A stretch of DNA of 64,000 nt from an uncultured Planctomycetia bacterium (GCA_964373715.1 CAYJVR010000001.1:333888-397887), one strand, 5' to 3'. Positions 44,847 through 55,528 are shown, counted from the first letter of the stretch. Notes: generated from the letters alone by a model not told the origin. A program made the numbers and translations.

Positions 44847-47183
44847 TTACCGCAGGGTCCGCGTGCCCTTTGGCCGGCGGTAATGCCGTTGAAAATCAAG
44901 CGGCAGGTCAGGGAAGTCCTTGAGCCGGAAAAGAAGCATCACGGCGCGCCCTTCGCCTCGGGCGTAGTTAAAAACCAGCTCCGCCGTCCATTCATGAAGA
45001 TCTCTTCTTAAGCGGTATGAGAAATCGGGTGACTCATAGATCCTTTTTACGATTCTCGTGTTTCCGTTGGATGAGACTTCAGTCACAAAGCGTTTGACGT
45101 CAAACCCCTGATAGATCCCCACGCGCCATTTCGGATCAAGGTCGAACTCCGTTTCAACAACCAGCTGGGCGCTCGTGTTGCGCTGATAGCGCCAGCCCAA
45201 GCCCACTCCCCACGGAACCCCACGGAACCCCGATTCGTCCCGATTGTACTCGTGTTTGCCTATACTGCCTTCCAGTATCCGGCTCTCCGTGTCCGTTTTC
45301 CGGCGCGCGGCGGCAAGGATGTCGGCATTGATCGTTTCAAACCTGCTGAGATGCGGGTTGAACACCGCGTCCGATTCGAAATAAAGCCAGGGATAAGGTT
45401 TCGTCTCGAGATCGAGCAAAAAATTGCCGATCTCGCCGCCGCGGCCGTTGGGCCCTTCGATATCGTACGTGACGCCTGTCAGAAACCGGACGAGGTCAAC
45501 CGCTTGCCACGTCCCTTCGAACATGCGTTTGGTCTGCAGTTTGTGTTCGATGGATGTGGTGACGGTGTTCGATTTTGTCAGACCGTCGCCTCCCCCAAAG
45601 AGCCGTTCCTTCGGAACGGTGGGATGCCCCTGGTATTTATAGTTCACCGTCGGGTTGATGATGTGGCGTATCCGGTTGATGCCGAGCCCCCAGCGGTCGG
45701 TCTGGATGTCGTAGATTTTGAAAACGCGGGTGCTCAAGTCAAAACCAGCCGCGCCGGCTTGCCTGAAAAGATTGTCTGTGCCCGCCGCGCTTCTGGTAAA
45801 TATGGTCTCCTGGAACTGGACGAAGGGCCTTGTGTTGAGCCAGCCGAACAGCTTCGTGATGTAGAACAGCTCCTGAAGCGTCCCTATCTTTATTTGAGAA
45901 TCGCTGAGCCCTGCTAATTTGGAGGAGACGTTCGTATGCGAGTAGTTCCAGCCGGACTGGTAGTACCAGCCGGGATGTGAGACGCTTGTCGAATCGGCAG
46001 TCCGTTCATTCCGTAGGGCGCGTTCCTCTTTGCTGAGGCCCAGCACCGGAAGCCAGGTGAGCGGCAAGGGACTGACCTGCAGATTCAGCTGGGGCCATTG
46101 CTGGGTCACGGTCTGGAACGTGTTGACCCTCTGCGTATAAAGGAAGGTCAACCCGTACCAGGGCGTGGAGCGGATGATCTGGAAGTAGGTTTGAGGGGTC
46201 TGGTCGGCCCCGAATTCCATCGGAAAGAAATCCTTCACGACCGTCGCGTCTTTCATTTGGTGGATCTCGAGAGTCGCTTTGGTGGTTCTGTCTATATCCC
46301 AAAGGTGCCTGAGCTGCAGCCTTTCCCTGTACCGTCTTTTAACGAATTCGCCCTCCTCCGCCCTGTAGTACACGACGTCATCCTCATCGGCGAAATAGGA
46401 CCGGATAATGCCGTCTCCCCCTTCCGGGAGGTGGTATTTCAGGTCGGTGCCCCCAGCCACCCCGCGCCGCTCCCTCGTGTCGAAGTAGATCTTGCCCTGG
46501 AGGTCCTCATTAACGTAGGCCCGCCATGAGGTCAGCAGGAAAATGCCCCAATCGTCGCTTTTACCGGGAGTGAGGGTGACTCGGGGTCTTTTGTCATCCA
46601 GCAGATGTGTATAGGAAGGAAGGTACATGACGGGAATTTCGCCGAGGTACATGACCACGTTCTTTAAAACAACCCTGTCGTCCAGATAAACGGTAATCTC
46701 CCTGGACTGCATCCTCGAGTGGGGGTTCTCGAAATCGCAGGTCGACAGGTATCCTCCATGGGAAAGATACTCCGTCGCCGCCACCTTCTGTGCCCTGTCG
46801 CCGGTTGAGCGGAACGGGCCGGTTTCGACTTCGGCGTTTAAGATGGTCCCCTTTTTAGTCTCAAAGTTATAGAGGATCTCGCTGCCTTTGAGGAGACTTC
46901 CCCGTTGAAGCACGCTGACGTTCCCGATGAGGTAGGCATCCTTCGTCTCCATGTAAATCGTCGCCTCATCGCAGCGGAGTTTTATGTCATTGTGGGTGGC
47001 GACCACGTTGCCGGAGGCGATGATTTTCTGAAGCTGGTCGAAGTACTCGACCTTATCCCCGCGCACCTGGATTGGTTCGTCGGCGGAGAAAACCAACGAA
47101 GGGTACAGGGTGAAGAGCGCGACAACAAAAAGAAAAGACCAAACTAGCTGCAATAGGCTCACCCTGCACCTTGGATTTTTCAC
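44847..47183 (-). CDS. lptD: LPS-assembly outer-membrane protein LptD (OstA)
   Basis: 778 aa. Signal peptide, then an OstA/LptA-like N-domain (…VRGDKVEYFDQ…IIASGNVVATHNDIKLRCDEATIY…) and a long beta-barrel region ending in an aromatic residue. Confidence 0.8.
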   Translation of the reverse strand: MKNPRCRVSLLQLVWSFLFVVALFTLYPSLVFSADEPIQVRGDKVEYFDQLQKIIASGNVVATHNDIKLRCDEATIYMETKDAYLIGNVSVLQRGSLLKGSEILYNFETKKGTILNAEVETGPFRSTGDRAQKVAATEYLSHGGYLSTCDFENPHSRMQSREITVYLDDRVVLKNVVMYLGEIPVMYLPSYTHLLDDKRPRVTLTPGKSDDWGIFLLTSWRAYVNEDLQGKIYFDTRERRGVAGGTDLKYHLPEGGDGIIRSYFADEDDVVYYRAEEGEFVKRRYRERLQLRHLWDIDRTTKATLEIHQMKDATVVKDFFPMEFGADQTPQTYFQIIRSTPWYGLTFLYTQRVNTFQTVTQQWPQLNLQVSPLPLTWLPVLGLSKEERALRNERTADSTSVSHPGWYYQSGWNYSHTNVSSKLAGLSDSQIKIGTLQELFYITKLFGWLNTRPFVQFQETIFTRSAAGTDNLFRQAGAAGFDLSTRVFKIYDIQTDRWGLGINRIRHIINPTVNYKYQGHPTVPKERLFGGGDGLTKSNTVTTSIEHKLQTKRMFEGTWQAVDLVRFLTGVTYDIEGPNGRGGEIGNFLLDLETKPYPWLYFESDAVFNPHLSRFETINADILAAARRKTDTESRILEGSIGKHEYNRDESGFRGVPWGVGLGWRYQRNTSAQLVVETEFDLDPKWRVGIYQGFDVKRFVTEVSSNGNTRIVKRIYESPDFSYRLRRDLHEWTAELVFNYARGEGRAVMLLFRLKDFPDLPLDFQRHYRRPKGTRTLR

Positions 47184-48142
47184 CGGTGATGATGAACCAG
47201 CAGCGCCGCGCCGATGAGACCGGCGGATGAGCCCAATTCGGCCGGAACGATCGGAACATCCCTTGACCCGCGCATCGCCCGTTTCCGGAATGTGTCCCGG
47301 ATCGGTTCAAAAAGCAGGTCTCCGGCGTTCGAGATGCCCCCGCCGATCACGATCTTCTCGGGGTTAAGCAGATTGACGACCGAGGCAAGCATCACGCCGA
47401 TATGTCCGCCCGCCTGCTTCCAGGCGTCAAGCGCCAGCGTGTCACCCATCCTGGCGGCCCGGTCAATGACCTCCGGCGTCAGTTTTTCCAGCCGACCGTT
47501 TAAAAGAGCGGTGATCTTGCCCCGCTTCTTTTTTTCGAGCCGTTTAAGAACCCAGTCAACAATCTCGCTGTTGCCGACATATCTCTCGAGGCAAGCCCTT
47601 CCCCCGCAGGGGCAGGAGGGCCCCGTTTCATTTAAAGGCATGTGGCCGATCTCCCCGGCGGAGCCGGACATTCCCCGGTAGAGCCGACCGTCCAACACGA
47701 GTCCTCCGCCGACGCCGGTTCCCAACGTCAGGCATACGAGGTTAGAAACCCCCCGGCCCGCTCCGTAAACCCACTCAGCCAGCGCCATCACGTTGACATC
47801 GTTTTCCACCTGGACTTCAACGTGGAGTCTTTTTTTCAGGAGATCCCTAAGCGGAACATCTTTCCATCCGGGGATATTGACGCAGCTGCGGACGACGCCT
47901 GAGGGAAAGCGGACCAGGCCGGGTATTCCGACGCCGACCCCCTCGATCCGCGCCTTGGATCTCCGGACGAGCAGGTGAACGGCATCAACAATTCCGTCCT
48001 GGAGTTCTTTCGGGCTCATAAAGGCGGCAGTGGAGAGCTTTTCTCGGACAAGAACCCGTTTCCCACGGACCAAACCGAGCTTTATGAATGTGCCACCGAT
48101 ATCCACACCGACGGCGATCTTCTTTAAATATTGGGCAGTCAT
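47180..48142 (-). CDS. ROK-family sugar kinase (glucokinase-like)
   Basis: 320 aa. IAVGVDIGGTFIKLGLV. ROK signature with a Cys cluster …CPCGGRACLE…. Confidence 0.75.
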   Translation of the reverse strand: MTAQYLKKIAVGVDIGGTFIKLGLVRGKRVLVREKLSTAAFMSPKELQDGIVDAVHLLVRRSKARIEGVGVGIPGLVRFPSGVVRSCVNIPGWKDVPLRDLLKKRLHVEVQVENDVNVMALAEWVYGAGRGVSNLVCLTLGTGVGGGLVLDGRLYRGMSGSAGEIGHMPLNETGPSCPCGGRACLERYVGNSEIVDWVLKRLEKKKRGKITALLNGRLEKLTPEVIDRAARMGDTLALDAWKQAGGHIGVMLASVVNLLNPEKIVIGGGISNAGDLLFEPIRDTFRKRAMRGSRDVPIVPAELGSSAGLIGAALLVHHHR

Positions 48143-49329
48143 GTTGTTGAAATCACTCTGTTTCGGCCGCTCCGCTTGGCGCGGTACATGGCCTGATCGG
48201 CCCCCTCCACCAACTGTTCCGCGCTGGCGGCCTCTTTCGAAAGGATGTTAACCCCCACCGAAACCGTGATTTGTATTCTCTCATCGTAAGCCTGAATGAG
48301 CGTCTGTTCAATCGTTTGTCGAATGCGCTCCGCGATTTGGGTCCCGAGCTCACGGTTTGCTTCGGGGAGCACGACCGCGAATTCCTCCCCGCCGTACCTA
48401 CCAACGAGGTCTATTTCGCGGACCGATTTTTGGATCAGGCGAGATACTTCTCTCAACACGACGTCCCCCACGAGATGCCCTAGAGTATCATTGATCCGCT
48501 TGAAATGGTCAATATCCACCATGAGAAAAACGAGCCCGCTGTGCCGCCGGGAAGCCCGTTTCACCTCCTCATCAAGCCTTTCCTTGAAGTAGCGCCTCAC
48601 GAGCAGGCCGGTCAGCCCGTCATGGATCGCCGACTCTTGGACCTGCTTGTAAAGAGAAACACGCTGAAGACCGAGCGCCAATTGGCTGATCACGATGCCC
48701 CATCGCTCTTGCGCTCCGTGCTTTAATGCCGATGCCGGCGTTTGTCTGATCAGGTCGTTCATCGAGACGCCGCCCTGCTCGAGCATCGCGCGCAAAGATT
48801 CCAGGTATCGGATTTTCTCCGTTTCTTCGATATGATCAAGCCATGTTGAAATCGCCTCTTCGGTGATCTGAACAGCCTGATCGACGCTCAGAGTAGAGAG
48901 GAACCTTTTTGAAAGTCCGTAAAGCTCGATGAGTCTTTGGATCTCCTCTTCCCTTTTCCGGATGGAACCGCGCAGCGCATCCGTGTTCGCGCATGTTTGA
49001 CTGAGGAGTTTTCGGAAGGCCTCTCTTTTCAGTTCCGTATCCCGGTACCGTTCGGCAAATCGGCTGTTCTTGTCCCAGAGAATAATTGGAAGCAGCCCGA
49101 AAAGAGCCCAGGGGCCGACCAGCCTGGCCGGCGGACAACCCAGCCCAACCAGTGCGACGCATGCGGCGGATCCGGCCGCCGCGAAAAGAAAGGAGGTTCT
49201 CGGGTTCCAGTGAAAACCGGCCGCGAGCGCACAAAGAGACAACCCGCTCATCCAGGGCAGAGCGTCCGCCGGGCTTGCGAAAGCCCCCGCGAGCAGCGCC
49301 AGCGATCCTAAAATAAGGAATCCATTCAT
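48139..49329 (-). CDS. Membrane-anchored diguanylate cyclase (GGDEF)
   Basis: N-terminal TM helices, then …DGLTGLLVRRYF…VDIDHFKRINDTLGHLVGD…RYGGEEFAVVL…. Start taken at MNGFLILGS. Confidence 0.75.
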   Translation of the reverse strand: MNGFLILGSLALLAGAFASPADALPWMSGLSLCALAAGFHWNPRTSFLFAAAGSAACVALVGLGCPPARLVGPWALFGLLPIILWDKNSRFAERYRDTELKREAFRKLLSQTCANTDALRGSIRKREEEIQRLIELYGLSKRFLSTLSVDQAVQITEEAISTWLDHIEETEKIRYLESLRAMLEQGGVSMNDLIRQTPASALKHGAQERWGIVISQLALGLQRVSLYKQVQESAIHDGLTGLLVRRYFKERLDEEVKRASRRHSGLVFLMVDIDHFKRINDTLGHLVGDVVLREVSRLIQKSVREIDLVGRYGGEEFAVVLPEANRELGTQIAERIRQTIEQTLIQAYDERIQITVSVGVNILSKEAASAEQLVEGADQAMYRAKRSGRNRVISTT

Positions 49330-49330
49330 G

Positions 49331-50821
49331 TCAGGATAAACAGACCCTGTTTCTGCCTGCTTCCTTCGCTTTGTACAGCCGGTCGTCGGCGGTTTGCAGC
49401 AGGGCATCCTTCACCTGGCCGTCCTGCGGAAAAACCGCCGCCCCGATTGAGACGGTGACGCCGGTCATCGAACGGCGCAGCTCCACCTTTGCGGATTCGA
49501 TCTGTCTCCGGTATTCTTCGGCCCGCTGCTGGGCTTCGGCCTGGTCCGCGCCGGGAATCAGCCAGGCGAGCTCTTCCCCGCCGAACCGGGCTGTCACCTC
49601 GCCCGGCCGGCGGGATTGAACCAACAGGAGGCTCAGGTATTTCAGCAGTTTGTCTCCGGCCGAATGCCCGAAATTATCGTTATAGTTTTTAAAGTGATCG
49701 ATATCAATCAAAAGGACCGCCAGCGGCTTGCCCACTTCTTTCGCCCGGGCGATCTCCTCGTCCAGCCGTTTTTCAAAGTGCCTGCGGACTGAAAGTTTTG
49801 TTAAATCATCCGTGACGGCCAGCTCCGCCATCTGGCTGTAAAGACGGCTGTTTTCAATTCCGAGGGCTGCCAGGTCGCCTATGATATGCACCAGCCGGAG
49901 ATCATCCGTTGTGAAGCTTCCAGACTGGTCCGATTCGGCCCGGAGCACGCCGATCAGCCGGGTTTCGGTCATCAGCGGAACCGCGATCAAGGAGCCTAAA
50001 GGACGTTCCGCGCGGTCGAGTGAAATCTCGGGGAACCTAAAATCTTTGGAGGGTTCCTCAACGAGAAGGGGCTGCGCTTGGCGCATAACCCATTGATCGA
50101 AAATATCCCCAGTTTTCGCTTTAACGGAGACGGAACCGACGCGCCTTGAAACCGATTTGAGTTCGAGAGAGAGGTTCTTGGGATCCACCAAGTAGAGGAG
50201 CACGATACTCGCTTTTTCGACAATGTCACCCGTCACGACCGTCACCTGGTGGATCAGCTCTCCCAGCGGCAGGCTCGCGCTGAACGTGTTGGCGACCTGG
50301 CGCAGCTGCTGGTAAATCGCCAGCCTTTCCCTCAAGCCGCTTTCCCCTTCCGTCAGCCGCTTAAAATCCTCTTGAGATGTGTTGATTTCAGCCTCGAGCC
50401 GTTCCGTCTCCACCTCGCTGCTTCGGACAACCCCTTCCCATTGGGTGATCCCGTGATGGGTCACGAACCCGAACACGACGAATTCCGGCACAAGCCAAAA
50501 AAGGGTGACCTGCCGTGAAGCGAGAGCAACGAGCCCGACAATGATTACCGACCACGCGGTCGTCAGGATGCCCCACAGGGGGCCGCGCGAAAACCATGTC
50601 CAGAGAATCAGCGGGAAAAGAAGGTGCGAAAGGAGCGCTAAATTGGCGCCGGAAGCCGGGGAACTCGGGGATCCTATTGGGGAAACCCAAACGAGAAAAG
50701 AACTCAGAGCAGCGAGAAGGAGCCAACCTTCGATTTTCCAGGCGAACCTGCCCGCGGGAAAACCGCTAAACGACAGCCGCCTCCGAGTCTGGGTCAAAAA
50801 AGTGCACCTTTGACATATCAA
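49331..50821 (-). CDS. Membrane-anchored GAF-GGDEF diguanylate cyclase
   Basis: N-terminal TM region, central GAF-like region, then …DDLTKLSVRRHF…IDIDHFKNYNDNFGHSAGD…RFGGEELAWLI…. The track start overlaps the MalK-like gene by 55 nt, so the true start is probably internal. Confidence 0.7.
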   Translation of the reverse strand: MICQRCTFLTQTRRRLSFSGFPAGRFAWKIEGWLLLAALSSFLVWVSPIGSPSSPASGANLALLSHLLFPLILWTWFSRGPLWGILTTAWSVIIVGLVALASRQVTLFWLVPEFVVFGFVTHHGITQWEGVVRSSEVETERLEAEINTSQEDFKRLTEGESGLRERLAIYQQLRQVANTFSASLPLGELIHQVTVVTGDIVEKASIVLLYLVDPKNLSLELKSVSRRVGSVSVKAKTGDIFDQWVMRQAQPLLVEEPSKDFRFPEISLDRAERPLGSLIAVPLMTETRLIGVLRAESDQSGSFTTDDLRLVHIIGDLAALGIENSRLYSQMAELAVTDDLTKLSVRRHFEKRLDEEIARAKEVGKPLAVLLIDIDHFKNYNDNFGHSAGDKLLKYLSLLLVQSRRPGEVTARFGGEELAWLIPGADQAEAQQRAEEYRRQIESAKVELRRSMTGVTVSIGAAVFPQDGQVKDALLQTADDRLYKAKEAGRNRVCLS

Positions 50822-51872
50822 AGACGAGGTCCATATCCTGATTCACCTTAGGGCGCTCGTGGCCGCCCACGCGCGCGGTGACGTTATGCGACCCTAATAA
50901 GAGATGGAGATAAACCTCGGAACCCATCGGTTCGACGACATCGACGGTGGCAGTAACCGTATTTTCGGGAGGCGCGTACTGGACAAATAGTTTGTCGTAG
51001 ATGTTTTCCGGGCGGATCCCGAGCAGTATCTGTTTGCTGTCGTAAGAAGAGATTTTGCCGAACATCTCATCCACCACCTTCACGCGCACGGCCCCCTCGT
51101 CAAAGTAGAATCGCCCGTTGCGCTTGATGATCCGACCGGAGATGAAGTTCATCGGCGGCGAGCCGACAAACCCGGCCACAAATTTGTTGACCGGGTGATC
51201 GTAGATGTTCGCCGGATCCGCCACCTGCTGGATAACCCCCTGGTGCATGACAGCGATCCGGTTGCCCAGAGTCATCGCTTCGGTCTGGTCGTGCGTAACA
51301 TAAAGCATCGTGGACTGGAGCTTCAAGTGCAGCTTGTTCAGCTCGGTCCTCATCTGGACGCGCATCTTAGCGTCCAGGTTGGATAGGGGCTCGTCAAAGA
51401 GGAAAACAACCGGCTTGCGCACGATCGCCCTTCCGAGGGCGACCCTTTGGCGTTCCCCGCCGGAGAGTTCTCGCGGCTTCCGGTTAACCAGCTTGGAGAT
51501 CCCCAAAATATCGGCTGCTTCCTTCACGCGGTTGGTGATCTCCCACTTCGGGTAGCCCCTTAACGTCAGGCCGAAAGCCATGTTTTCAAAGGCCGTCATG
51601 TGGGGATACAAGGCGTACGTCTGGAAAACCATCGAGATGTCCCTGTCTTTCGAGGGAACATCGTTCACCATCCGGTCCCCGATGTAGATTTTTCCGGAGG
51701 TGATCTCCTCCAGGCCGGCGACCATCCTTAAAGTGGTGGATTTGCCGCATCCCGATGGGCCGACCAGCGCGACAAATTCCTTCGCCTCGACGTCCAGGCT
51801 GACCCGGTCCACCGCCACAACATCGCCGGGCGGGTAAACCTTGCTGATCTCTTGAATGGATACCTGAGCCAT
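50766..51872 (-). CDS. ABC transporter ATP-binding protein, MalK/UgpC/MsiK type (carbohydrate importer ATPase), orphan
   Basis: 368 aa. GPSGCGKST, LSGGERQRVALGRA, FLFDEPLSNLD, plus a C-terminal regulatory/TOBE-like domain. No permease or SBP lies nearby. Confidence 0.75.
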   Translation of the reverse strand: MAQVSIQEISKVYPPGDVVAVDRVSLDVEAKEFVALVGPSGCGKSTTLRMVAGLEEITSGKIYIGDRMVNDVPSKDRDISMVFQTYALYPHMTAFENMAFGLTLRGYPKWEITNRVKEAADILGISKLVNRKPRELSGGERQRVALGRAIVRKPVVFLFDEPLSNLDAKMRVQMRTELNKLHLKLQSTMLYVTHDQTEAMTLGNRIAVMHQGVIQQVADPANIYDHPVNKFVAGFVGSPPMNFISGRIIKRNGRFYFDEGAVRVKVVDEMFGKISSYDSKQILLGIRPENIYDKLFVQYAPPENTVTATVDVVEPMGSEVYLHLLLGSHNVTARVGGHERPKVNQDMDLVFDMSKVHFFDPDSEAAVV

Positions 51873-51882
51873 AGACCCTCTA

Positions 51883-52731
51883 TTATACGTGCCCGTTGAT
51901 GTAATCCAAGAAGAGACTGAGGGTTTCCTTCAGCTGCTTGCGGTGCACAACCTTGTCTATCTGGCCGTGCTCCAGCAGGAACTCCGATTTCTGGAACCCT
52001 TCAGGCAATCTTTGCCGGATGGTTTGCTCAATGACGCGGGGTCCCGTGAACCCGATCAGCGCTCTCGGCTCCGCAATGATCAGATCTCCCAGGCTCGCGA
52101 AGCTGGCCATAACGCCGGCCATCGTCGGGTTCGTGAGCACGGAGATAAACGGAAGTCCCGCCGCGTTATGCTCGGCCAACGCAACCGCAGTTTTCGACAT
52201 CTGCATGAGGGAGAACATCCCCTCGTACATTCGGGCGCCGCCGCCGGACCCCGACACGATAATCAGGGGCATCCTCCCCCGGATGGAGCGCTCAATCGCC
52301 CGGGTGATCTTTTCGCCGACCACCGAACCCATCGACCCCATGATGAACCGGGCATCGGTGACTACAATCGACACCCTTTTCCTGTTGAGTTTTCCTTCGC
52401 CGCCGATCGCCGCTTCCGGAAGCTTCGTCGCCACCTGGTCCAGCTGGAGCTTTTCCTTATAAGACTTAGGCCCCTTAAACTCCAGCGGATCGCCGGAGCG
52501 CAACTGGCTGTCGAATTCCTGGAAGGTCCCGTTGTCGATTATTTGCTGGATACGCTCCTGCGCCGTGAGCGTGAAATGGTAGTCGCACTTGGGGCAGACT
52601 TTGAGGTTTTCCTCAAGCGTTTTGTTGTAGATGATCTCCCCGCACTCCTCGCATTTCGTCCAGAGTCCCTCGGGAATTTCCACCTTCCTTTTGACCTTGA
52701 CGTTCGTGTATTTCGGTCCGAAGAGCGGCAT
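51883..52731 (-). CDS. accD: Acetyl-CoA carboxylase carboxyltransferase beta subunit
   Basis: Start at MPLFGPKYTNVKV…. Zinc ribbon CEECGEIIY…CPKCDYH, then the CoA carboxyltransferase domain. The track's 83-codon N-extension is an artefact that overlaps the DUF1015 gene. Confidence 0.85.
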   Translation of the reverse strand: MPLFGPKYTNVKVKRKVEIPEGLWTKCEECGEIIYNKTLEENLKVCPKCDYHFTLTAQERIQQIIDNGTFQEFDSQLRSGDPLEFKGPKSYKEKLQLDQVATKLPEAAIGGEGKLNRKRVSIVVTDARFIMGSMGSVVGEKITRAIERSIRGRMPLIIVSGSGGGARMYEGMFSLMQMSKTAVALAEHNAAGLPFISVLTNPTMAGVMASFASLGDLIIAEPRALIGFTGPRVIEQTIRQRLPEGFQKSEFLLEHGQIDKVVHRKQLKETLSLFLDYINGHV

Positions 52732-53972
52732 TAAGACCTCCCGAATGTGTATTCCACCAGCCCGGCCAGCGGTTTCGGATAAAAGTAGGTGGTTTTCCTC
52801 GGCATGCGGACGGTGCTGCGGGCGCGCCCGAGCACATCCTCCAGCCGGGGCGGCTGCATCATGAAGAGGGCCCTGGCATTCCTCGATTTCAGCTCTTGGA
52901 TCCCTTCCCGGATGTCCTGCGTATAGGAAATTTCCGGGGACTTCCCCATCCACTGGGGAATGATCTCCTGGTGGAGCCATTCGACATCCAGTTCATAGGG
53001 GACTTTCGCGCGGGGTTGGAGCAGGACCCAGGTGCCGTTGCCGGTGTAGAGACCCACCCCAAGCGCCTTCCGGTCGCGCAAAGACTTCAGCCGGGAAGCC
53101 ATATCGCCGGCACCCTTCAAGCGATGCACGAAAAAATGCCGGGCGGATTCCTGCATGAACCGCTTTAATTGGGCACCCGTCACGCCGCGCAGCATCCGGT
53201 GGGTCGGCAGGAGGCCCGGTTCCTCGCTGGAAGCGGCCGCCAGGTAAAACATCGCGTAGTTGTAGGGGGATTCGGGGGTGTAAGAGCGGTCTTTTTTGCG
53301 CCGGGAGTTCCGGTAATGGAGCACCGCCTCCAGCCGGTGATGGCCATCGGCAATCACGAGCTCCTTTGTTTTCAGCATCCCGGTCAGCTTCTTGATCCAG
53401 CCCGGGTCGCTGACTTGCCAGATCACATGAAGGACGCCGTTCACCCGAACCGAGGAGACCGGCTTGCTGGACCTGCAGGCGGCGGTGATAAACTTCTGGT
53501 ATGCACCGTTTGAGTCCGGTATCAGGCCGAAGATGGGGGAAAGCGGGGCTTTCAGCGCTTCCAGCAGATGGATCCGGTCGGTGATCGGCTTGGGGCGGGT
53601 ATGCTCGTGGCGGTAGATCTTTGAATCGAGCCGGACGAGCGCGATGACGCCCCATCGGCGGTGCCTCTTCCCTTCCAGCGTGTATTCCTCAACGTGGGGG
53701 TAGAAGCTCGGCTCGTTATCCTCCCGAAGTATCCCTTTGCGAAGCCACTCTTCAAATGTTTTCTTCGCCCGGGTGTAGCGGTTATTGCCCGCGCCGTCGG
53801 TCCGGTACTCTTTTCCGTAGACCACCCGGATGAAATTGTAGGGGTGAAGGCGGTAATAAGCGGCCTGTTCTTTGGGAGAGATGATGTCGTAGGGGGGGGT
53901 CACCACCTTCGACAAGGAACCCACACGCCGGAGGTTGTATCGAAGCCCTTTAAAGGGTGCGATGTATAGCAC
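52731..53972 (-). CDS. DUF1015-family conserved protein
   Basis: 413 aa. The …LVIADGHHRLEAVLHY… motif and the overall length match DUF1015. Confidence 0.6.
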   Translation of the reverse strand: MLYIAPFKGLRYNLRRVGSLSKVVTPPYDIISPKEQAAYYRLHPYNFIRVVYGKEYRTDGAGNNRYTRAKKTFEEWLRKGILREDNEPSFYPHVEEYTLEGKRHRRWGVIALVRLDSKIYRHEHTRPKPITDRIHLLEALKAPLSPIFGLIPDSNGAYQKFITAACRSSKPVSSVRVNGVLHVIWQVSDPGWIKKLTGMLKTKELVIADGHHRLEAVLHYRNSRRKKDRSYTPESPYNYAMFYLAAASSEEPGLLPTHRMLRGVTGAQLKRFMQESARHFFVHRLKGAGDMASRLKSLRDRKALGVGLYTGNGTWVLLQPRAKVPYELDVEWLHQEIIPQWMGKSPEISYTQDIREGIQELKSRNARALFMMQPPRLEDVLGRARSTVRMPRKTTYFYPKPLAGLVEYTFGRS

Positions 53973-54026
53973 GTAAGGTTAACGGTTATGAGTGAAAGAG
54001 GCTCACAAGAGGGTGCCGCGCGATGG

Positions 54027-54341
54027 TTATTTTCCGCAACCGCCCGGTTTCCCGGACGAACAGCCGCCGGCCGGGCTGGAAGCTGGGCTTGGGGCCGGGC
54101 TCGGAGCCGGAGATTTGGGGGCCGGTTTGGACTCCGCCGCCGCCTGTTTCTTGTAGCCCGATGAACGGTAATCGGTAACGTAAAAACCGGATCCTTTAAA
54201 CAGGAGGCCTCCGCCCGCGGAAATCAGCCTTTTCGCCGTCGCTTTGCACTTCGGGCAGGAGGTGTTCGGCTTCGCGGTGATCGGCTGGAATTTCTCGAAC
54301 TGGCGCTTGCACGACCGGCACTCGTATTCGTATGTTGGCAT
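54027..54341 (-). CDS. FmdB-family zinc-ribbon protein with Pro/Ser/Ala-rich, Cys-containing tail
   Basis: 104 aa. MPTYEYECRSCKRQFE…CPKCKA…. The tail is …PAPKSPAPSPAPSPASSPAGGCSSGKPGGCGK. Confidence 0.65.
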   Translation of the reverse strand: MPTYEYECRSCKRQFEKFQPITAKPNTSCPKCKATAKRLISAGGGLLFKGSGFYVTDYRSSGYKKQAAAESKPAPKSPAPSPAPSPASSPAGGCSSGKPGGCGK

Positions 54342-54373
54342 TTCTGTACCCTTTATAAAATGATAAACCGGAG

Positions 54374-55528
54374 TTACTTCTTGAACCAGCGCTTCACGCC
54401 GTCCCAGAACTTCTGTACTCCGGGGAAAGAAGCATTATCGCTTATTTGGTTAAACTCTTCAAGTAATCGCCTTTGGGCAGCCGTCAGTTTCGAGGGGACC
54501 TCCACATGTATCCGGATCAGCTGGTCGGCCCTCTGTCCCCCGCGCAGGGAGGGCAGACCCATCCCTTTAAGCCGGAGGGTTTCTCCGTGCTGTGTGCCGG
54601 GAGGGACCTTCACCGTAGCGGACCCGCTTAAGGTCGGCACCTTCAGTTCGTGTCCCAGAGCCGCCTGGACCATGCTGACCGGAACGTCGCAAACCAGATC
54701 CGATTCCTCCCGCTCGAAGAAGGGGTGCTGTTTCACCCGGATGTGCACGTAAAGATCGCCGCGCGACCCGCCGCGGGTCCCCGACTCCCCCTCATCGGCC
54801 AGTTTCAGCCGCATGCCGGTCGCCACACCCGGCGGGATTTTGACCGTGAGCTTCCGCTCTTGCGGGATCCGGCCCTCTCCGCGGCATGCGGGGCACTTTT
54901 CCTTTATCACGGAGCCTTGCCCCCGGCAGCGGAGGCAGGTGGTGGCCATCATGAAGAACCCTTGAGAGACCCTCATCTGTCCCGATCCCTTGCAGTCCGA
55001 GCAGACCTCACGGCTCGTCCCCGGTTTTGCCCCTTCCCCGTTACAGGTGCCGCACGCTTCCCGCCTGCGGAACGACAAGGGAACCTCTTTCCCGGTTAAA
55101 ACATCGGCCAGCTCGATCTCGATAACCGCTTCCAGGTCGCCGCCGTCTGTCCCTTCGCGACCCCCACTCCGCCGGGAACGGCCCCCGAGACCGAAAGATC
55201 CGAAGATCTCCTCGAGCCCGCCGAAGATGTCGGAAACATCCTCGTAATGGGTGAAGTCCTCCCAGTCAAAGTTGCCGGGATGGCGGAACGATCCTTCTAC
55301 CCCCTTGTGCCCGTACTGGTCGTAGGCGGCCTTCTTCTTCGCGTCGCTCAGGACCTCGTAGGCTTCGGAGATTTCCTTGAACTTTTCCTCCGATTCCTTC
55401 TTGTTCTCCGGGTTCCGGTCAGGGTGGTGCTTCATCGCCAGCCGCCTGAACGCCTGCTTGATCTCATCGGCGCTCGCCGTTTTGGCGACTCCCAGAACCT
55501 CGTAATAGTCTCTCTTAGTCACCGGCAT
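54374..55528 (-). CDS. dnaJ: Chaperone DnaJ (type I Hsp40)
   Basis: 384 aa. J-domain DYYEVLGV…HPDRN, G/F region, four CxxCxGxG zinc-finger repeats, C-terminal domains. Confidence 0.9.
   Translation of the reverse strand: MPVTKRDYYEVLGVAKTASADEIKQAFRRLAMKHHPDRNPENKKESEEKFKEISEAYEVLSDAKKKAAYDQYGHKGVEGSFRHPGNFDWEDFTHYEDVSDIFGGLEEIFGSFGLGGRSRRSGGREGTDGGDLEAVIEIELADVLTGKEVPLSFRRREACGTCNGEGAKPGTSREVCSDCKGSGQMRVSQGFFMMATTCLRCRGQGSVIKEKCPACRGEGRIPQERKLTVKIPPGVATGMRLKLADEGESGTRGGSRGDLYVHIRVKQHPFFEREESDLVCDVPVSMVQAALGHELKVPTLSGSATVKVPPGTQHGETLRLKGMGLPSLRGGQRADQLIRIHVEVPSKLTAAQRRLLEEFNQISDNASFPGVQKFWDGVKRWFKK

Noticed and set aside
45211-45230. Perfect 10-bp tandem duplication cacggaaccc x2 inside lptD
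   Set aside because: The reading frame is preserved. The repeat is read in two registers and encodes GFRGVPWG inside the barrel region. There is no sign of a frameshift or slippage pseudogene, so this is just a coding-sequence coincidence.
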